Source: Myroides sp. (GTDB lineage Bacteria > Bacteroidota > Bacteroidia > Flavobacteriales > Flavobacteriaceae). From it: DNA of 64,000 bases. The notes below the pieces were generated by a model. That model was not told the DNA's origin and ran no database searches. It saw nothing but the letters and a program-made list of their open reading frames with translations. A program made the position numbers and the translations under genes. Location of the stretch: the NCBI GenBank assembly GCA_036643355.1, contig JAVXSC010000001.1, positions 62,205 to 126,204 on the forward strand, written 5' to 3'. Positions 20,706-31,365 of the stretch are shown here, in pieces; position 1 is the first letter of the stretch; each line of letters opens with the position of its first letter.

Positions 20706-21083
20706 TTAACAACGTTTTGGCGGTTGCCAAATAGAAGATAGATAAGAATTAGGAATTATTCCCTGACGATAAAAAACAATTGTCTTAAAGTGTGTATCAA
20801 CAGTTATCTTATCGGGTAAGTTTAAGTTTTCGGCAGGTATAACCACTATGTTCAAAAGATCCGAATGTTGCATAAACGGAAGTTTCATATCGGTTTCCCA
20901 ATCGGCATCTTTTTCATGTCCGCCGTAGTGATGCACGATATAATCCATAAAAGTCATGCTATTATCTTCTTCTGCATGTTCAACGAAGTGATTGATCAGC
21001 ACAGGTACTTTCAACAACTGAACCAATTCTGTTGTTGAAAAAAAATAGGCTGCAATTATAAATAGTACCAGAAACTTCTTCAC
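20706..21083 (-). CDS. Small His-rich hypothetical protein upstream of czcA
   Basis: TELVQLLKVP.L..HF.EH...HY...D...DMKLPF...IWQPP pattern. Confidence 0.75.
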   Translation of the reverse strand: MKKFLVLFIIAAYFFSTTELVQLLKVPVLINHFVEHAEEDNSMTFMDYIVHHYGGHEKDADWETDMKLPFMQHSDLLNIVVIPAENLNLPDKITVDTHFKTIVFYRQGIIPNSYLSSIWQPPKRC

Positions 21084-21158
21084 TTTCGCAAAGCTACTAA
21101 TTTTATTGTTTTTTGAGTAAACTAACTCATTAAAATAATATTAAATGTAACTTGAGCT

Positions 21159-22535
21159 TTAATTTTTATTATAAAATTCGATCACTTTATCAGGATATTT
21201 AACCGCATACGCAGAAATGAGCTGCATAATATAGGTGTTGCTTTTATAACGAATAAGGAAATCTTTCAGTTGTTCGGCACCTGTAACAACTGCTTCATTT
21301 GAAATATAGCCCATGCCGTAAAAATGCCCATCCTGAACCCAGATACAGCTGCGCTCATCTTTAGTCCTACCCTTATCCAAAATATAATAACTCGGTTTTA
21401 GTTCCGTTACAAAATCTACTGCCTGCTGTACCAGCTGGTTATGCTGTTCTACCATTGGTAAATCAGATAGGTTATTAGCAACCACACCTTCACTTTCGGT
21501 GCTTACGGCATATTTACAAAAACGGTAGTCTAAAGCAAATTTTTCCTGCAGGCTGCGCAGCAAGCTGACGCCTTCGTTTACAGTACCAAAAACTTCTATA
21601 CATGGCGTAAGTTTGCTCACCTTACCAACTGCAAGGTACCTGTAACCGTTACGGGCGGTATATTCGTAAAGCCCGTATTTTGGTTCGAACCTTTTTAATG
21701 CAGTATTGTAAATTGGCCATAACTTTTTGATCTCCGAACACTCTAAAAGTAATGCCATGAGTTCGGTAGCACATACTTCAAAAGAAATACCATGGATGTC
21801 CCGCAAAAAATGCTGTCTTTGAGGTGTAATCTTATGCCCGGAAAAATGAGAAGCTACCCTTTTTTTAAGGTTTACCGCTTTACCTACATACACAACTTTT
21901 TTTTGAGCATTGTAAAAATAGTAAACACCCGGTTTTTCAGGAAGATTTTCAAAATCTTCAGGAGGTAGGTTTGGCGGCAGCCGCTGATCCAGTGCTGTTT
22001 TTTTTATCATCTTTTGTATTTCACCTTCACAGTCATCTTTTAACAGTAGCGATAAAAGTACTGCTGTAGCATCGGCATCACCCCCGGCACGGTGGCGGTT
22101 TTCCAGAGAAATACCAAGTGAACGACAAAGATTTCCAAGACTGTAGGAAGGAAGACCGGGTTTGATTTTGCGTGCTGCACGAACCGTACACAATTTAGGT
22201 GCTGTCCAATTATAACCTGCGTCTTCCAACTGGTGCCGAACAAACGAATAATCGAAATTAACGTTATGAGCCACAAAAATGTGGTTAGAGAGCAGTTCTA
22301 ACAGTTCTTTAGCGATGTCTTGAAACAATGGTGCCTCATAAACCATTTCGTTACTGATCCCCGTAAGAGCAGTAATGTATAATGGTATGTGCTGTTGCGG
22401 ATTTACAAGGGTTTCCCAACGTTCGATCACTTCCTTTCCATTATGTATAAGCACAGCAATTTCGGTTATTCTGCTTCCGCCTGCATTTCCGCCCGTAGTT
22501 TCTATATCTACCACCGCATATTCCATCTTCTTCAT
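21159..22535 (-). CDS. DEDDh 3'-5' exonuclease (Pol III epsilon-like) fused to GIY-YIG/UvrC-like domain
   Basis: VVDIETTG, VAHNVNFD, HRA..DA; LPEKPGVY..YVGKA.NL..RV.SHF. Confidence 0.92.
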   Translation of the reverse strand: MKKMEYAVVDIETTGGNAGGSRITEIAVLIHNGKEVIERWETLVNPQQHIPLYITALTGISNEMVYEAPLFQDIAKELLELLSNHIFVAHNVNFDYSFVRHQLEDAGYNWTAPKLCTVRAARKIKPGLPSYSLGNLCRSLGISLENRHRAGGDADATAVLLSLLLKDDCEGEIQKMIKKTALDQRLPPNLPPEDFENLPEKPGVYYFYNAQKKVVYVGKAVNLKKRVASHFSGHKITPQRQHFLRDIHGISFEVCATELMALLLECSEIKKLWPIYNTALKRFEPKYGLYEYTARNGYRYLAVGKVSKLTPCIEVFGTVNEGVSLLRSLQEKFALDYRFCKYAVSTESEGVVANNLSDLPMVEQHNQLVQQAVDFVTELKPSYYILDKGRTKDERSCIWVQDGHFYGMGYISNEAVVTGAEQLKDFLIRYKSNTYIMQLISAYAVKYPDKVIEFYNKN

Positions 22536-22645
22536 TTGCTATGATCCCTGTAATCTATTTTAATGTATCTGTTTCAAATTTACGATTTTAATCAGCAATT
22601 GGCTGACACATGATGACGTTTGAATTTACTAAAAAATTTCTCACC

Positions 22646-23266
22646 TCATCTTATGACTCTTCTAAATGTAAGATTAATTCGTGGCAGCACTTCTTTTGAA
22701 GTTTTTGGTACGGCATGTTCCCAGAAACTGTTGGTTTTGCCTGCCATTATCAGGAACGAGCCGTGATACAACGGTATATCAACCTGAGGCACCTCTTTCC
22801 TAAATTTATGCCTTAAGCGGAAGATACGTGTTTCGCCGAAAGTTACCGATGCGATGATTGGATTGCTACCCGACCTTTCGATCTTATCACTGTGCCATGA
22901 TACACTGTCGCTGCCATTGCGGTACAGGTTTAAAAGCACGGCATTGAACTTTAGATTAGTTTCTGTTTCTACCCGCTCGCGGATTTTATTCAGGTCGACA
23001 GTAAATTCGGGTGCATTACCTGAGGGTATATTCTCTTCTTTATCCTGATGCCAGGAAATCATTCGGGGTGCCGTAACAATTTTATCGTACATTGGCATTT
23101 CATATTCACGCCATGGGGTTGCGGTTAATAACTTATCATAAAAATTGTCGGATTCTTCCTTGCTGAAAAAATTATCAATCAGCATTACATCGGCATCTGG
23201 CAGATTAAACTCTTTGGTTCCTCTGCTGCCTGTTGTAAATAGTTCGGTATCGTTAAAAAGTTTCAT
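22646..23266 (-). CDS. alkB: AlkB-like 2OG-Fe(II) dioxygenase
   Basis: LLNLYRNGSDSVSWHSD, WEHAVPK, RINLTFR. Confidence 0.9.
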   Translation of the reverse strand: MKLFNDTELFTTGSRGTKEFNLPDADVMLIDNFFSKEESDNFYDKLLTATPWREYEMPMYDKIVTAPRMISWHQDKEENIPSGNAPEFTVDLNKIRERVETETNLKFNAVLLNLYRNGSDSVSWHSDKIERSGSNPIIASVTFGETRIFRLRHKFRKEVPQVDIPLYHGSFLIMAGKTNSFWEHAVPKTSKEVLPRINLTFRRVIR

Positions 23267-23369
23267 ATATTTTTTTATTTATTCATTATATCTTTGATAT
23301 TGTACGTTGTAGTATTTTGAAACAAATCTGATACATTGTTTGGGTTTTGTTTTAATTTTTAATGTTCTT

Positions 23370-24218
23370 GTTCTCGACTACCGCTCGAACTGACGTGGAT
23401 TGTGAGTTTTAGAAATATATAGCTTCGGGATCTCCATTGCAGTAAATAGGTATATTTCTGTTTTTCTTTTCTTTTACGCCCAGGCTTTATTTTACAGCTT
23501 GGAAGTCGTGAATCTTACGGTTTGAAAGATTAAAAGAAACAAAAATCTTTTTTTTGATCTTGCCTCAGCTCAAAAACGGTTGAACTTTTCCTTGTTCACT
23601 ATCTGATCGAAATGTCGCTCCGCTGCCCGATCATCTTACGCTCTCTTCGTCGGTTCAACTATTGTTTTTTACGTCCAGCTCTATTTTATATTTTGGAAGT
23701 CGTGAACCTTACGGTTTCGTCTGTTCAACTATTCCCGATTAAAATCGGGACAGGCTGTTTTTTTGCTAATGGCGCTTTGATTCTCGATATCTAAGCAAAT
23801 TTGTTTTAATCATTACTTATTTTGGTTCTAGACTACCTCTCGAACTGACGTTGGATTGGAGTGGTAGAAATATTTTGCTTTGAAATCTCTATTTCAGTAA
23901 TAGATACACTTCGGTTTCTCTGTACTTTTAGGTGCTTTATATTATTTTAGAAATATTAAATTCCCTATACTCTCTTCTCGTGAGACCCCTTGTCAAGCAA
24001 GGGGTGACCGTAAACTGTTATTTTTAGTTTGGATGTATTGGTTCTCGACGGGGCTAGAAAAAAGTATCAAAAATCTTTTATTGCGGTCAAGCTTTTGATA
24101 CATGTGGATTGATTTATTTTGTTTTTGTATTAGGGTATTTTAGTGAAGAGTAATTGGTTCTCGACTACCGCTTGAACTGACTTGGGGTTGGAGATATCTC
24201 GACTACGCTCGATATGAC
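23370..24218 (-). repeat. Cluster of REP-like palindromes (GTCA foot on minus strand) at 23370-23394, 23825-23849, 24157-24181, 24196-24218
   Basis: Repeated GTTCTCGACTACCGCTCGAACTGAC variants; partial copy near 51073. Confidence 0.75.
23531..23779. repeat. Long nested-hairpin repeat, copy 1
   Basis: Direct repeat of 33366-33545 with about 70 extra internal bp. Confidence 0.85.
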
Positions 24219-24263
24219 ATCTATTTGCTATCGTTAAAAAGATTCATATACTATAGCTCTGAA

Positions 24264-27200
24264 TTATTGTTTCATTACATCTTTAATGTTGTACTGTTCA
24301 TTGATCTTACGTCGTGGCAGCCCAATCTCATGCTCCTGCGGATAAGGTTTGCGCTGGGTCATGGAAACATCTTCCTTTATCTGACGATGCACATCGAATT
24401 CGCGCTGTTTGTCGTGCGAATAACGCGGATCGGGGATGAACGGCATTTTTGCCATTTTAAGTATTGTTATTGTAGGAAAATGATAGTCGACCTCTACCCT
24501 GCCCAATAATAAATAACAACCGCCTCCTTGAAACGGATATTGTTCCAGACAATCGGGAAAATGTGCCGTATCGAAATAATTTCCTTCCACATCAATCCAT
24601 GTACCAAAGAACATAGCCCCTTTTTTTGTGGGTACGTGTTTACGGGAAATAAGGTATGCCAGCATCTTTACTTCGCCTTTGTGATGGTGTATCAGGTCTT
24701 TCGCCATTACTTCACCCCTATGCTTTGTCTGCAGCAGATCGAAAGGTGTGCACGATACTGTAAAACCAATTAACTCGATCTCGTCAAAAGCATCTTCGAA
24801 TTCCGAACGGGACAGTTCCGGAAGTCTGAATTCTTTCACCGGCTCCTGTAACAAGGTAAGATTGCGGTTTTCGGGTTTAAAGTTTACCAAAAGCAACCGT
24901 GCCTGTACCAGCAGCTCGTTTTTATTCTTGCCCGTGAAACGGAACGCACCAATAAAGATAAGTATCTGTACTGCTTCGATACCTATAGGAATACGCCTAA
25001 CAAAATCTTCAAGTGAAGTGAACGCTCCATTTTTTCTACGCTCACCAGGTATATTTTCTGCCAGCTTTGCTTCCAATCCCTGAAGGAGCATAAAACCCAG
25101 ATACACATTGTTACCGTAAAGCGTGGTGTGGTATTCGCTGTTATTGACACAGGGGTTTAAAATTACGGCACCCGACATTCGTGCTTCGTGCACATAGACC
25201 TCGGTACGGTAAAAGCCCCCCATATTGTTGATGACTGCCACCATGAATTCCAAAGGGTAATATACCTTAAGGTACAGACTTTGGTAACTTTCTACTGCAT
25301 AGGAAGCCGAATGCGCCTTGCAGAACGAATAGCCTGCAAAGGATTCGATCTGACGGTACACTTCGCGACTTAATGCTTCGCTATGCCCTTTTTTAGCACA
25401 GGCGGTAAAGAAATTATCTTTCACCTTCTGTAATGCCGCCAGCGAACGCCCCTTGCCGCTCATTGCCCGCCGCAGGATATCACCGTCTGCAGCTGTGAGT
25501 CCGCCAAAATGCATAGCGATCTTGATGACGTCTTCCTGATACACCATGATGCCGTAGGTATCGCCCAGATGTTCCTGAAATACCTCGTGGAAATATTCGA
25601 ACTGATCGGGGTAGTTGTGTCGGAAGATGTATTCCTTCATCATACCCGACTGTGCCACACCCGGACGGATGATGGATGATGCCGCTACCAGCGTTTTGTA
25701 ATTGTCGCACTTAAGCCTTCTCAGCAACCCACGCATGGCGGGAGATTCAATATAAAAACAGCCTATGGTTTGTCCGCGGCTAAGGAATTCATTACACTGC
25801 TTCTCATTTTTAGAAATGGACGTATCCCTGATATCTACCGTAATGCCCCGATTTTGTTCGATCAGCTTTACCGCATCGTTGATGCTGCCGATGCCCCTTT
25901 GGCTTAAAATATCGAATTTTTCGAAACCGATGTCTTCTGCAATGTGCATATCGAACTGAACGATGGGAAAACCTTTGGGCGGCATTTCGAGTGCGGTGTA
26001 GTTGGTAATGGGTTCTTCGGAAATAATGATACCGCAAGAATGCATGCTGCGCTGGTTGGGATATTTTTCCAACATTTTTCCGTATTTGTGCACCAGCTTC
26101 ACCACCGAATTATCATCGTGCCGTTCCATGGGGTTCTTTGCAAGTGCATCAAGTTCCTCTTTTGGGAGTCCGAACACTTTACCTACTTCACGGAAGATAG
26201 AACGGTATTTGAATTCTACGTTGGTACCGCAAAAGGCTACGTGGTCTTTACCGTAACGGTTGAAAATATATTCCAAGATGGTATTTCGGTCCTGCCAGCT
26301 CCAGTCGATATCAAAATCGGGCGGGGTTTTACGGTTCAGGTTTAGGAAGCGTTCAAAATAAAGATCGAGCTCTATAGGACAAATATCGGTAATACCCAAG
26401 CAATAGGCAATGATGCTGTTGGCACCGCTGCCACGTCCAATGTGCATCAATCCCAAACTGGTACTATACCGTACAATATCCCATGTGATGAGGAAATAAC
26501 CACTGAATTCCAGTTCATGGATTACCTTTAATTCTTTTTCGATACGCTTTATTGCAACAATATTTTCTTCCTCATACCTTCTCTTAAAACCTTCCGTTGC
26601 CAACTTTTGCAAAAGTTCCTTATCACTTTCCATACTTCCTGTAAAATGCTTTTTATTTTTCGGGGTTCTATATACAAATTCAAAATGGCAATCTTGTAAT
26701 ATTTTCTCAGTATTAGCTACAATTTCAGGATGATTTTTGTATAGGCGTAAAAGCTCGTTTACAGGCAGCATTGTATCATTTATACTACAAAAATCATCTT
26801 CGGACAGTTTAGATAATACAACATTCTGATCAATTGCCCGTAAGATCCTATGGAGGTTATGTTCGTTTTTTCCTGAAACGGTCACCGGGTTCCAAATGAC
26901 CATTTTGGGAAGGTATTCCTGCCATTCTTTTTGAATGAGAAAATTAAGCTGTTCGGGTTTCACCCCAATAAACTCATTCTGACTGAGTGTCTTCGGACGG
27001 TTTGAAAAAGGATAAATAATATATACGTTTGTAAATTCCGGTGCTTTTTGCGGTAGTTGAACCCCATCGCAGTTGTATGCGGTAAGCAGCCTGCACATTT
27101 CGCCGATGCCTGCACGGTTTTTAGCCAGCCCGATATAGAGCAAACGATTATCTGATCGGAATTCCATTCCTACAACGGGCTTAATATCTGCCTGTTTACA

Positions 27201-27350
27201 GGCTTTTACAAAATCGTAAATTCCGGTTACCGTATTGATATCGGTAAGCGCAAGCACCTTTACATCACAGGCTTGAGCCTGAGAAACGAGATCGTTTACC
27301 GAAAGGGTACCGTACCTGAGGCTGTGATAAGAATGACAGTTTATATACAT
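24264..27350 (-). CDS. dnaE: DNA polymerase III alpha subunit, error-prone DnaE2-like
   Basis: PHP N-terminus, GRGSGANS, PPDFDID, KFDILS, FAGYSFCKAHS; operonic with dinB. Confidence 0.95.
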   Translation of the reverse strand: MYINCHSYHSLRYGTLSVNDLVSQAQACDVKVLALTDINTVTGIYDFVKACKQADIKPVVGMEFRSDNRLLYIGLAKNRAGIGEMCRLLTAYNCDGVQLPQKAPEFTNVYIIYPFSNRPKTLSQNEFIGVKPEQLNFLIQKEWQEYLPKMVIWNPVTVSGKNEHNLHRILRAIDQNVVLSKLSEDDFCSINDTMLPVNELLRLYKNHPEIVANTEKILQDCHFEFVYRTPKNKKHFTGSMESDKELLQKLATEGFKRRYEEENIVAIKRIEKELKVIHELEFSGYFLITWDIVRYSTSLGLMHIGRGSGANSIIAYCLGITDICPIELDLYFERFLNLNRKTPPDFDIDWSWQDRNTILEYIFNRYGKDHVAFCGTNVEFKYRSIFREVGKVFGLPKEELDALAKNPMERHDDNSVVKLVHKYGKMLEKYPNQRSMHSCGIIISEEPITNYTALEMPPKGFPIVQFDMHIAEDIGFEKFDILSQRGIGSINDAVKLIEQNRGITVDIRDTSISKNEKQCNEFLSRGQTIGCFYIESPAMRGLLRRLKCDNYKTLVAASSIIRPGVAQSGMMKEYIFRHNYPDQFEYFHEVFQEHLGDTYGIMVYQEDVIKIAMHFGGLTAADGDILRRAMSGKGRSLAALQKVKDNFFTACAKKGHSEALSREVYRQIESFAGYSFCKAHSASYAVESYQSLYLKVYYPLEFMVAVINNMGGFYRTEVYVHEARMSGAVILNPCVNNSEYHTTLYGNNVYLGFMLLQGLEAKLAENIPGERRKNGAFTSLEDFVRRIPIGIEAVQILIFIGAFRFTGKNKNELLVQARLLLVNFKPENRNLTLLQEPVKEFRLPELSRSEFEDAFDEIELIGFTVSCTPFDLLQTKHRGEVMAKDLIHHHKGEVKMLAYLISRKHVPTKKGAMFFGTWIDVEGNYFDTAHFPDCLEQYPFQGGGCYLLLGRVEVDYHFPTITILKMAKMPFIPDPRYSHDKQREFDVHRQIKEDVSMTQRKPYPQEHEIGLPRRKINEQYNIKDVMKQ

Positions 27351-27352
27351 GG

Positions 27353-28513
27353 TTAGCTGTTTTCTTTAGCGTTAAAATTAAAACCGGCGGCACGCCCTAC
27401 CTTATCGTATCCGAACCTGTTCTTGATACGGTCCATTGCCTGATAAAGAGCCGCCATTTCCTGCGTGTCTTCAAACAGGTTGATCTGCAGGTTTCCGCGT
27501 ACCAGTCCCGTAAAACGGATACCGATGAGGCGGATGCGCATACGGCGGCTGTACAGCCTGTTAAAGAGTTCCCGTACCGTTTTTGTAAGTATGTTGTCTG
27601 CAGAAGTGTATGCAATTTTTGCCTGTTTTGTTTCGGTATCGAAATTGGCATAACGGATTTTTACCACTACGGTAGAAACCAGCCATTGTTCGCAGCGCAG
27701 CTGATAAGCCAGTTTTTCTACCATACCGCTGATGAGCGCGTGGAGCATGTTCAGGTCGATGGTATCCTGATCAAAGGTATGTTCTGTTGAGACCGACTTG
27801 CGTTCGGTATAAGGCTCTACCTGTGAGAAATCGATCCCGTTTGCCTTTTTCCACAAATCGATGCCGTTTTTACCGATCATCTGCTGCAGTACCTCCACAG
27901 GCATTTCTGCCAGTGTGTGTATCTGGCGCACACCTATTCTTGAAAGCAGCTGGAAGGTAGCATCGCCCAGCATGGGTATTTTTTTTATGGACAGCGGATT
28001 GAGAAACGGACGGACGCCGTTTAAAGCTATTTCTCTTTTACCGGCAGGTTTGGATTCGCCCGTACCGATTTTAGCCACCGTTTTATTTACTGATAAGGCA
28101 AAAGAAACGGGAAGCCCTGTGTGGCGGGTTACCGACTGCATGAGTTCCTGCGTCCACTGATAAGCACCGAAGAACCTGTCGATCCCTGTAATATCCAGAT
28201 AATGCTCGTCTATGCTTGCTTTTTCAACAACGGGTGCCTTCTCTTCGATGATCTCGGTAACGGTACGTGACAAACGGGAATACTTTTCCATATCGCCTTT
28301 GATCACTTTTGCTTCGGGGCACAGACGCAGTGCCATTTTAAGGGGCATTGCAGAGCGTACGCCAAAATACCTGGCTTCGTAGGAACACGATGCAACCACT
28401 CCCCTGTCACCACCCCCGATGATGACCGGAACATTGTATAAACTGCTGTTTCCCAAACGTTCGCACGATACAAAAAACGTATCCATATCCATGTGCACTA
28501 TTGCCCGCTCCAT
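27353..28513 (-). CDS. dinB: DNA polymerase IV
   Basis: HMDMDTFFVS, SYEAR.FGVRSAM, SIDE. Confidence 0.95.
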   Translation of the reverse strand: MERAIVHMDMDTFFVSCERLGNSSLYNVPVIIGGGDRGVVASCSYEARYFGVRSAMPLKMALRLCPEAKVIKGDMEKYSRLSRTVTEIIEEKAPVVEKASIDEHYLDITGIDRFFGAYQWTQELMQSVTRHTGLPVSFALSVNKTVAKIGTGESKPAGKREIALNGVRPFLNPLSIKKIPMLGDATFQLLSRIGVRQIHTLAEMPVEVLQQMIGKNGIDLWKKANGIDFSQVEPYTERKSVSTEHTFDQDTIDLNMLHALISGMVEKLAYQLRCEQWLVSTVVVKIRYANFDTETKQAKIAYTSADNILTKTVRELFNRLYSRRMRIRLIGIRFTGLVRGNLQINLFEDTQEMAALYQAMDRIKNRFGYDKVGRAAGFNFNAKENS

Positions 28514-28535
28514 ATTACCGATGTTATTACAGAAA

Positions 28536-28592
28536 CAAAATTAATACACCGTGTATCAAAATTAATTATATTTGCTGATACAAATTGTATCA
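28536..28592. promoter_or_regulatory. Divergent promoters with two palindromic operators TGATACA-N3-TGTATCA
   Basis: Perfect site 28576-28592, one-mismatch site 28542-28558; -7 boxes at 28567-28574 (+), 28536-28543 and 28557-28564 (-). Confidence 0.75.
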
Positions 28593-29363
28593 ATGTCTAT
28601 TTTATCAGAAAACATAAGGTATCTGCGTGCCCAACTTGGGGTCTCTCAAAAGAAGGTTGCAGATGATTTAATTATTACGCGTGTAAGGTATGCGAAATAC
28701 GAAGACGCAACATCGGAACCTCCCGTGGAACTGCTTATAAGAATGTCGAGATACTTTCACATAAGCATTGATCTGATGGTTTCTGCCGACCTGCGTAAAA
28801 TTCCGCTGAAGGAAATTATGGAACTGCCGGACAACCGCATACTGCTGCCTGTTAAAGTGGATCATAATGGAGAGAATATTATTGAGATTATTCCACATAA
28901 AGCATCAATGGGTTACTTGAACGGTTATGCAGATCCCGAATATATTGAAAACCTACAAACCATTTCCCTGCCCTTTCTGGGAGCGGGCACCTACCGTGCA
29001 TTCCCCGTTGAAGGAGATTCGATGCCACCGTACAAGGACGGAGCATTTATTATTGGGAAATACCTTGAAAAAGCTACCGAACTGAAAAAAGGAAAAAGCT
29101 ATCTGTTTGTTACCCGAAGCGAGGGAATTACCTATAAAAGGTTATTACAAGCTGCAGAAGAAACCATTACGGTAGCTGCTGACAATACTTTTTACGAACC
29201 TTACAGCATACCGCTTGCAGATATTTTTGAGATATGGGAATATGCCTGCAGCATTTCGACACACGAGTTTACAAAAGATGATTTTAACATAGATCAGCTG
29301 CAGATTATAGAGCTGCTTAAGGAACTGAAAACGCAAGTAAAGGAATTGAAGAAAAATAATTAA
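28593..29363 (+). CDS. XRE-HTH plus S24 peptidase repressor (LexA-like)
   Basis: N-terminal HTH, ASMGY cleavage-region motif, VEGDSM (Ser), YKR (Lys). Confidence 0.9.
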   Translation: MSILSENIRYLRAQLGVSQKKVADDLIITRVRYAKYEDATSEPPVELLIRMSRYFHISIDLMVSADLRKIPLKEIMELPDNRILLPVKVDHNGENIIEIIPHKASMGYLNGYADPEYIENLQTISLPFLGAGTYRAFPVEGDSMPPYKDGAFIIGKYLEKATELKKGKSYLFVTRSEGITYKRLLQAAEETITVAADNTFYEPYSIPLADIFEIWEYACSISTHEFTKDDFNIDQLQIIELLKELKTQVKELKKNN

Positions 29364-29399
29364 TATGAATTTTAATTTATTGGTTGCAGCTTACTAAAT

Positions 29400-29600
29400 T
29401 CAATCTAAAAACGCTGCAACTTCCTGATACGTGAGTCCGCTGTACATACAGAATTCGGTAACCGATACGTAACTGTTTTCGGGTTTATCGAACATTTGAC
29501 GTACCGCTTTTAGAATACGGATGCTTTGACGGTAGCTTTTACCGGTGATGCGCTGAATGTCTTTGGGATAAATACACAGTCTTGCTTCGTGCTTCTTCAT
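29400..29600 (-). CDS. Small putative DNA-binding protein
   Basis: CIYPKDIQRITGKSYRQS HTH-like pattern, basic. Confidence 0.7.
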   Translation of the reverse strand: MKKHEARLCIYPKDIQRITGKSYRQSIRILKAVRQMFDKPENSYVSVTEFCMYSGLTYQEVAAFLD

Positions 29601-29610
29601 AGCTCTTTTC

Positions 29611-30210
29611 TTATAAATTAAACGAGTTGGTAAATTCTATGTGGTTTAGTTTACGGTACAGGAATTCGGTGAAATCTTTGCCGTACTTTTCTATAAGCGC
29701 GCCTTTATTTAATCGGCTACTAATGTGCGTATTATCTGCTGCATGTAACAAGCGATACTGCAACAATTCTTTTATTACTTCAGTATCCAACTTCAATGGT
29801 TCCAGTCCCAGATCATCAAAACAGTACGGTAAATCATGAAAAAGATATTGCTGTAACGTATAGTTGCCAAATCTTTTGTAACAAAACGCTACTTCCCTAC
29901 TACTGCGTATGATATACTGTCGGTTGGTTTGAAAGAATGGTTTTAACAAATGCAGCAGGCTGGTTTTGCCACTGTTTCCCGCTCCGGTAACCAATAATCC
30001 TTTTTTCAGATCAATTCCGTATAGTGCACATTCTTCTTTGTTTGCTGTTGCGTAAACTAACAGTCTGTATAGCTGTTGTCTTTGTGACGAATGGATGAGG
30101 TAACTGCTGCCATACAGAATTCGACCCTGCTGTTGCAGATACTGTATGCATTTGAAATAGTTATAGAGACGGTTACCGTTTTTGAGTTCGAAGGTTTGAT
30201 TGATGTCCAT
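29611..30210 (-). CDS. P-loop ATPase (DnaC/IstB-like)
   Basis: KGLLVTGAGNSGKT Walker A, YCFDDLG Walker B. Confidence 0.8.
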   Translation of the reverse strand: MDINQTFELKNGNRLYNYFKCIQYLQQQGRILYGSSYLIHSSQRQQLYRLLVYATANKEECALYGIDLKKGLLVTGAGNSGKTSLLHLLKPFFQTNRQYIIRSSREVAFCYKRFGNYTLQQYLFHDLPYCFDDLGLEPLKLDTEVIKELLQYRLLHAADNTHISSRLNKGALIEKYGKDFTEFLYRKLNHIEFTNSFNL

Positions 30211-31365
30211 AATCGCTTATTTATTCTGCTAAATAAGTAGGTAACCGATTGGACTATTCCCACCTTGGGAGAAAAAAATGGATGAGGGATGATGGATTCC
30301 GAAGGGAGGGACAAATTGTGGGGTGTTTTTTAACTGTATATTGTAGTGGGGAATTATTGAACTGATGAATCGTTGAATCGTTTATATGCTGATATGCGTA
30401 TTCGTTAATCCAACTACTTTATACTCCAAAATCAAATTGATTACTCTTAGGTTAAATGAATATTCTCTGTTTTCATACTCGACTCTTCGTGACTGAAATA
30501 CTTGGTTTTTTCTCAACTTTGTAAAGATACAAAGTTGCAAAAATCTCTTTTTTTGCCCTACAACCCAAAGCCTAAACGTTGGCATTTACTTCTAAAATTT
30601 CGAATGCTCGCTTCGCGCCGAAATTTCCTTACGAAGTTGCATTTAACGTTTTTAACGGCTTTGGCTTAATGGGCTGGGTATTCATAACAATACGTGTTTG
30701 CATTACAATTGCATTTTCAATCAAAATCCTTATGCTCAACAAATCCAGATTCAATAGCGACATTATTTTTTAACGAGTGTCAACTCTTTGATGAAACAAC
30801 AGTTCACGGTTTCCGAACCATAAAATAGCAAACCAGACGTAAAAGGAATAAATCAAATACGACCGTAGGGAGCGATTATTTGATTTCCTTTAAGAAAAGT
30901 TTGTTGACCGTTTAAAAAATAGAGTCTTGATCTTTTGTAACTTTTATCTCTACTCTCCTATTATCAATTAATGAATCGATGAATCTTCGATTTGTATTAA
31001 GACAAAAGTTAAAGAAAAGTCTTACTAATCCAGATTACTCTATACTATCACTATTTTAATTAAACAACATACATTCATCTTCGGTTGTATATTTCAAAAT
31101 TCACTTTAGTCTTCAAAATGCAATAAAGTAAAAGCTTAAATAAGACTTCTCCATACACTCCAAAAAGTGCTTTAATTTTGTTGTTTTGTAACAGATTTAT
31201 CTATAAAACATATCGTATACTGTCACTTAATGCCATGTGATGTCATTTGGAATCGACTGAAAATATACACATTCTTTTATGCACAACTTTGTCACAGGTA
31301 ATCCTACATAAGTTGCAACGAAAGGAACCACAAACATTTTTATTCATTCAAAAAAATTAGAAATT

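Noticed and set aside
22555-23345. SOS-box copies upstream of alkB and the exonuclease
   Set aside because: Only half-sites (TGATACA, TGAAACA) without the correct palindromic partner.
30382-30773. ORFs 30382-30585 and 30579-30773
   Set aside because: They run through hairpin repeats, have non-ATG starts and show no recognisable motifs.
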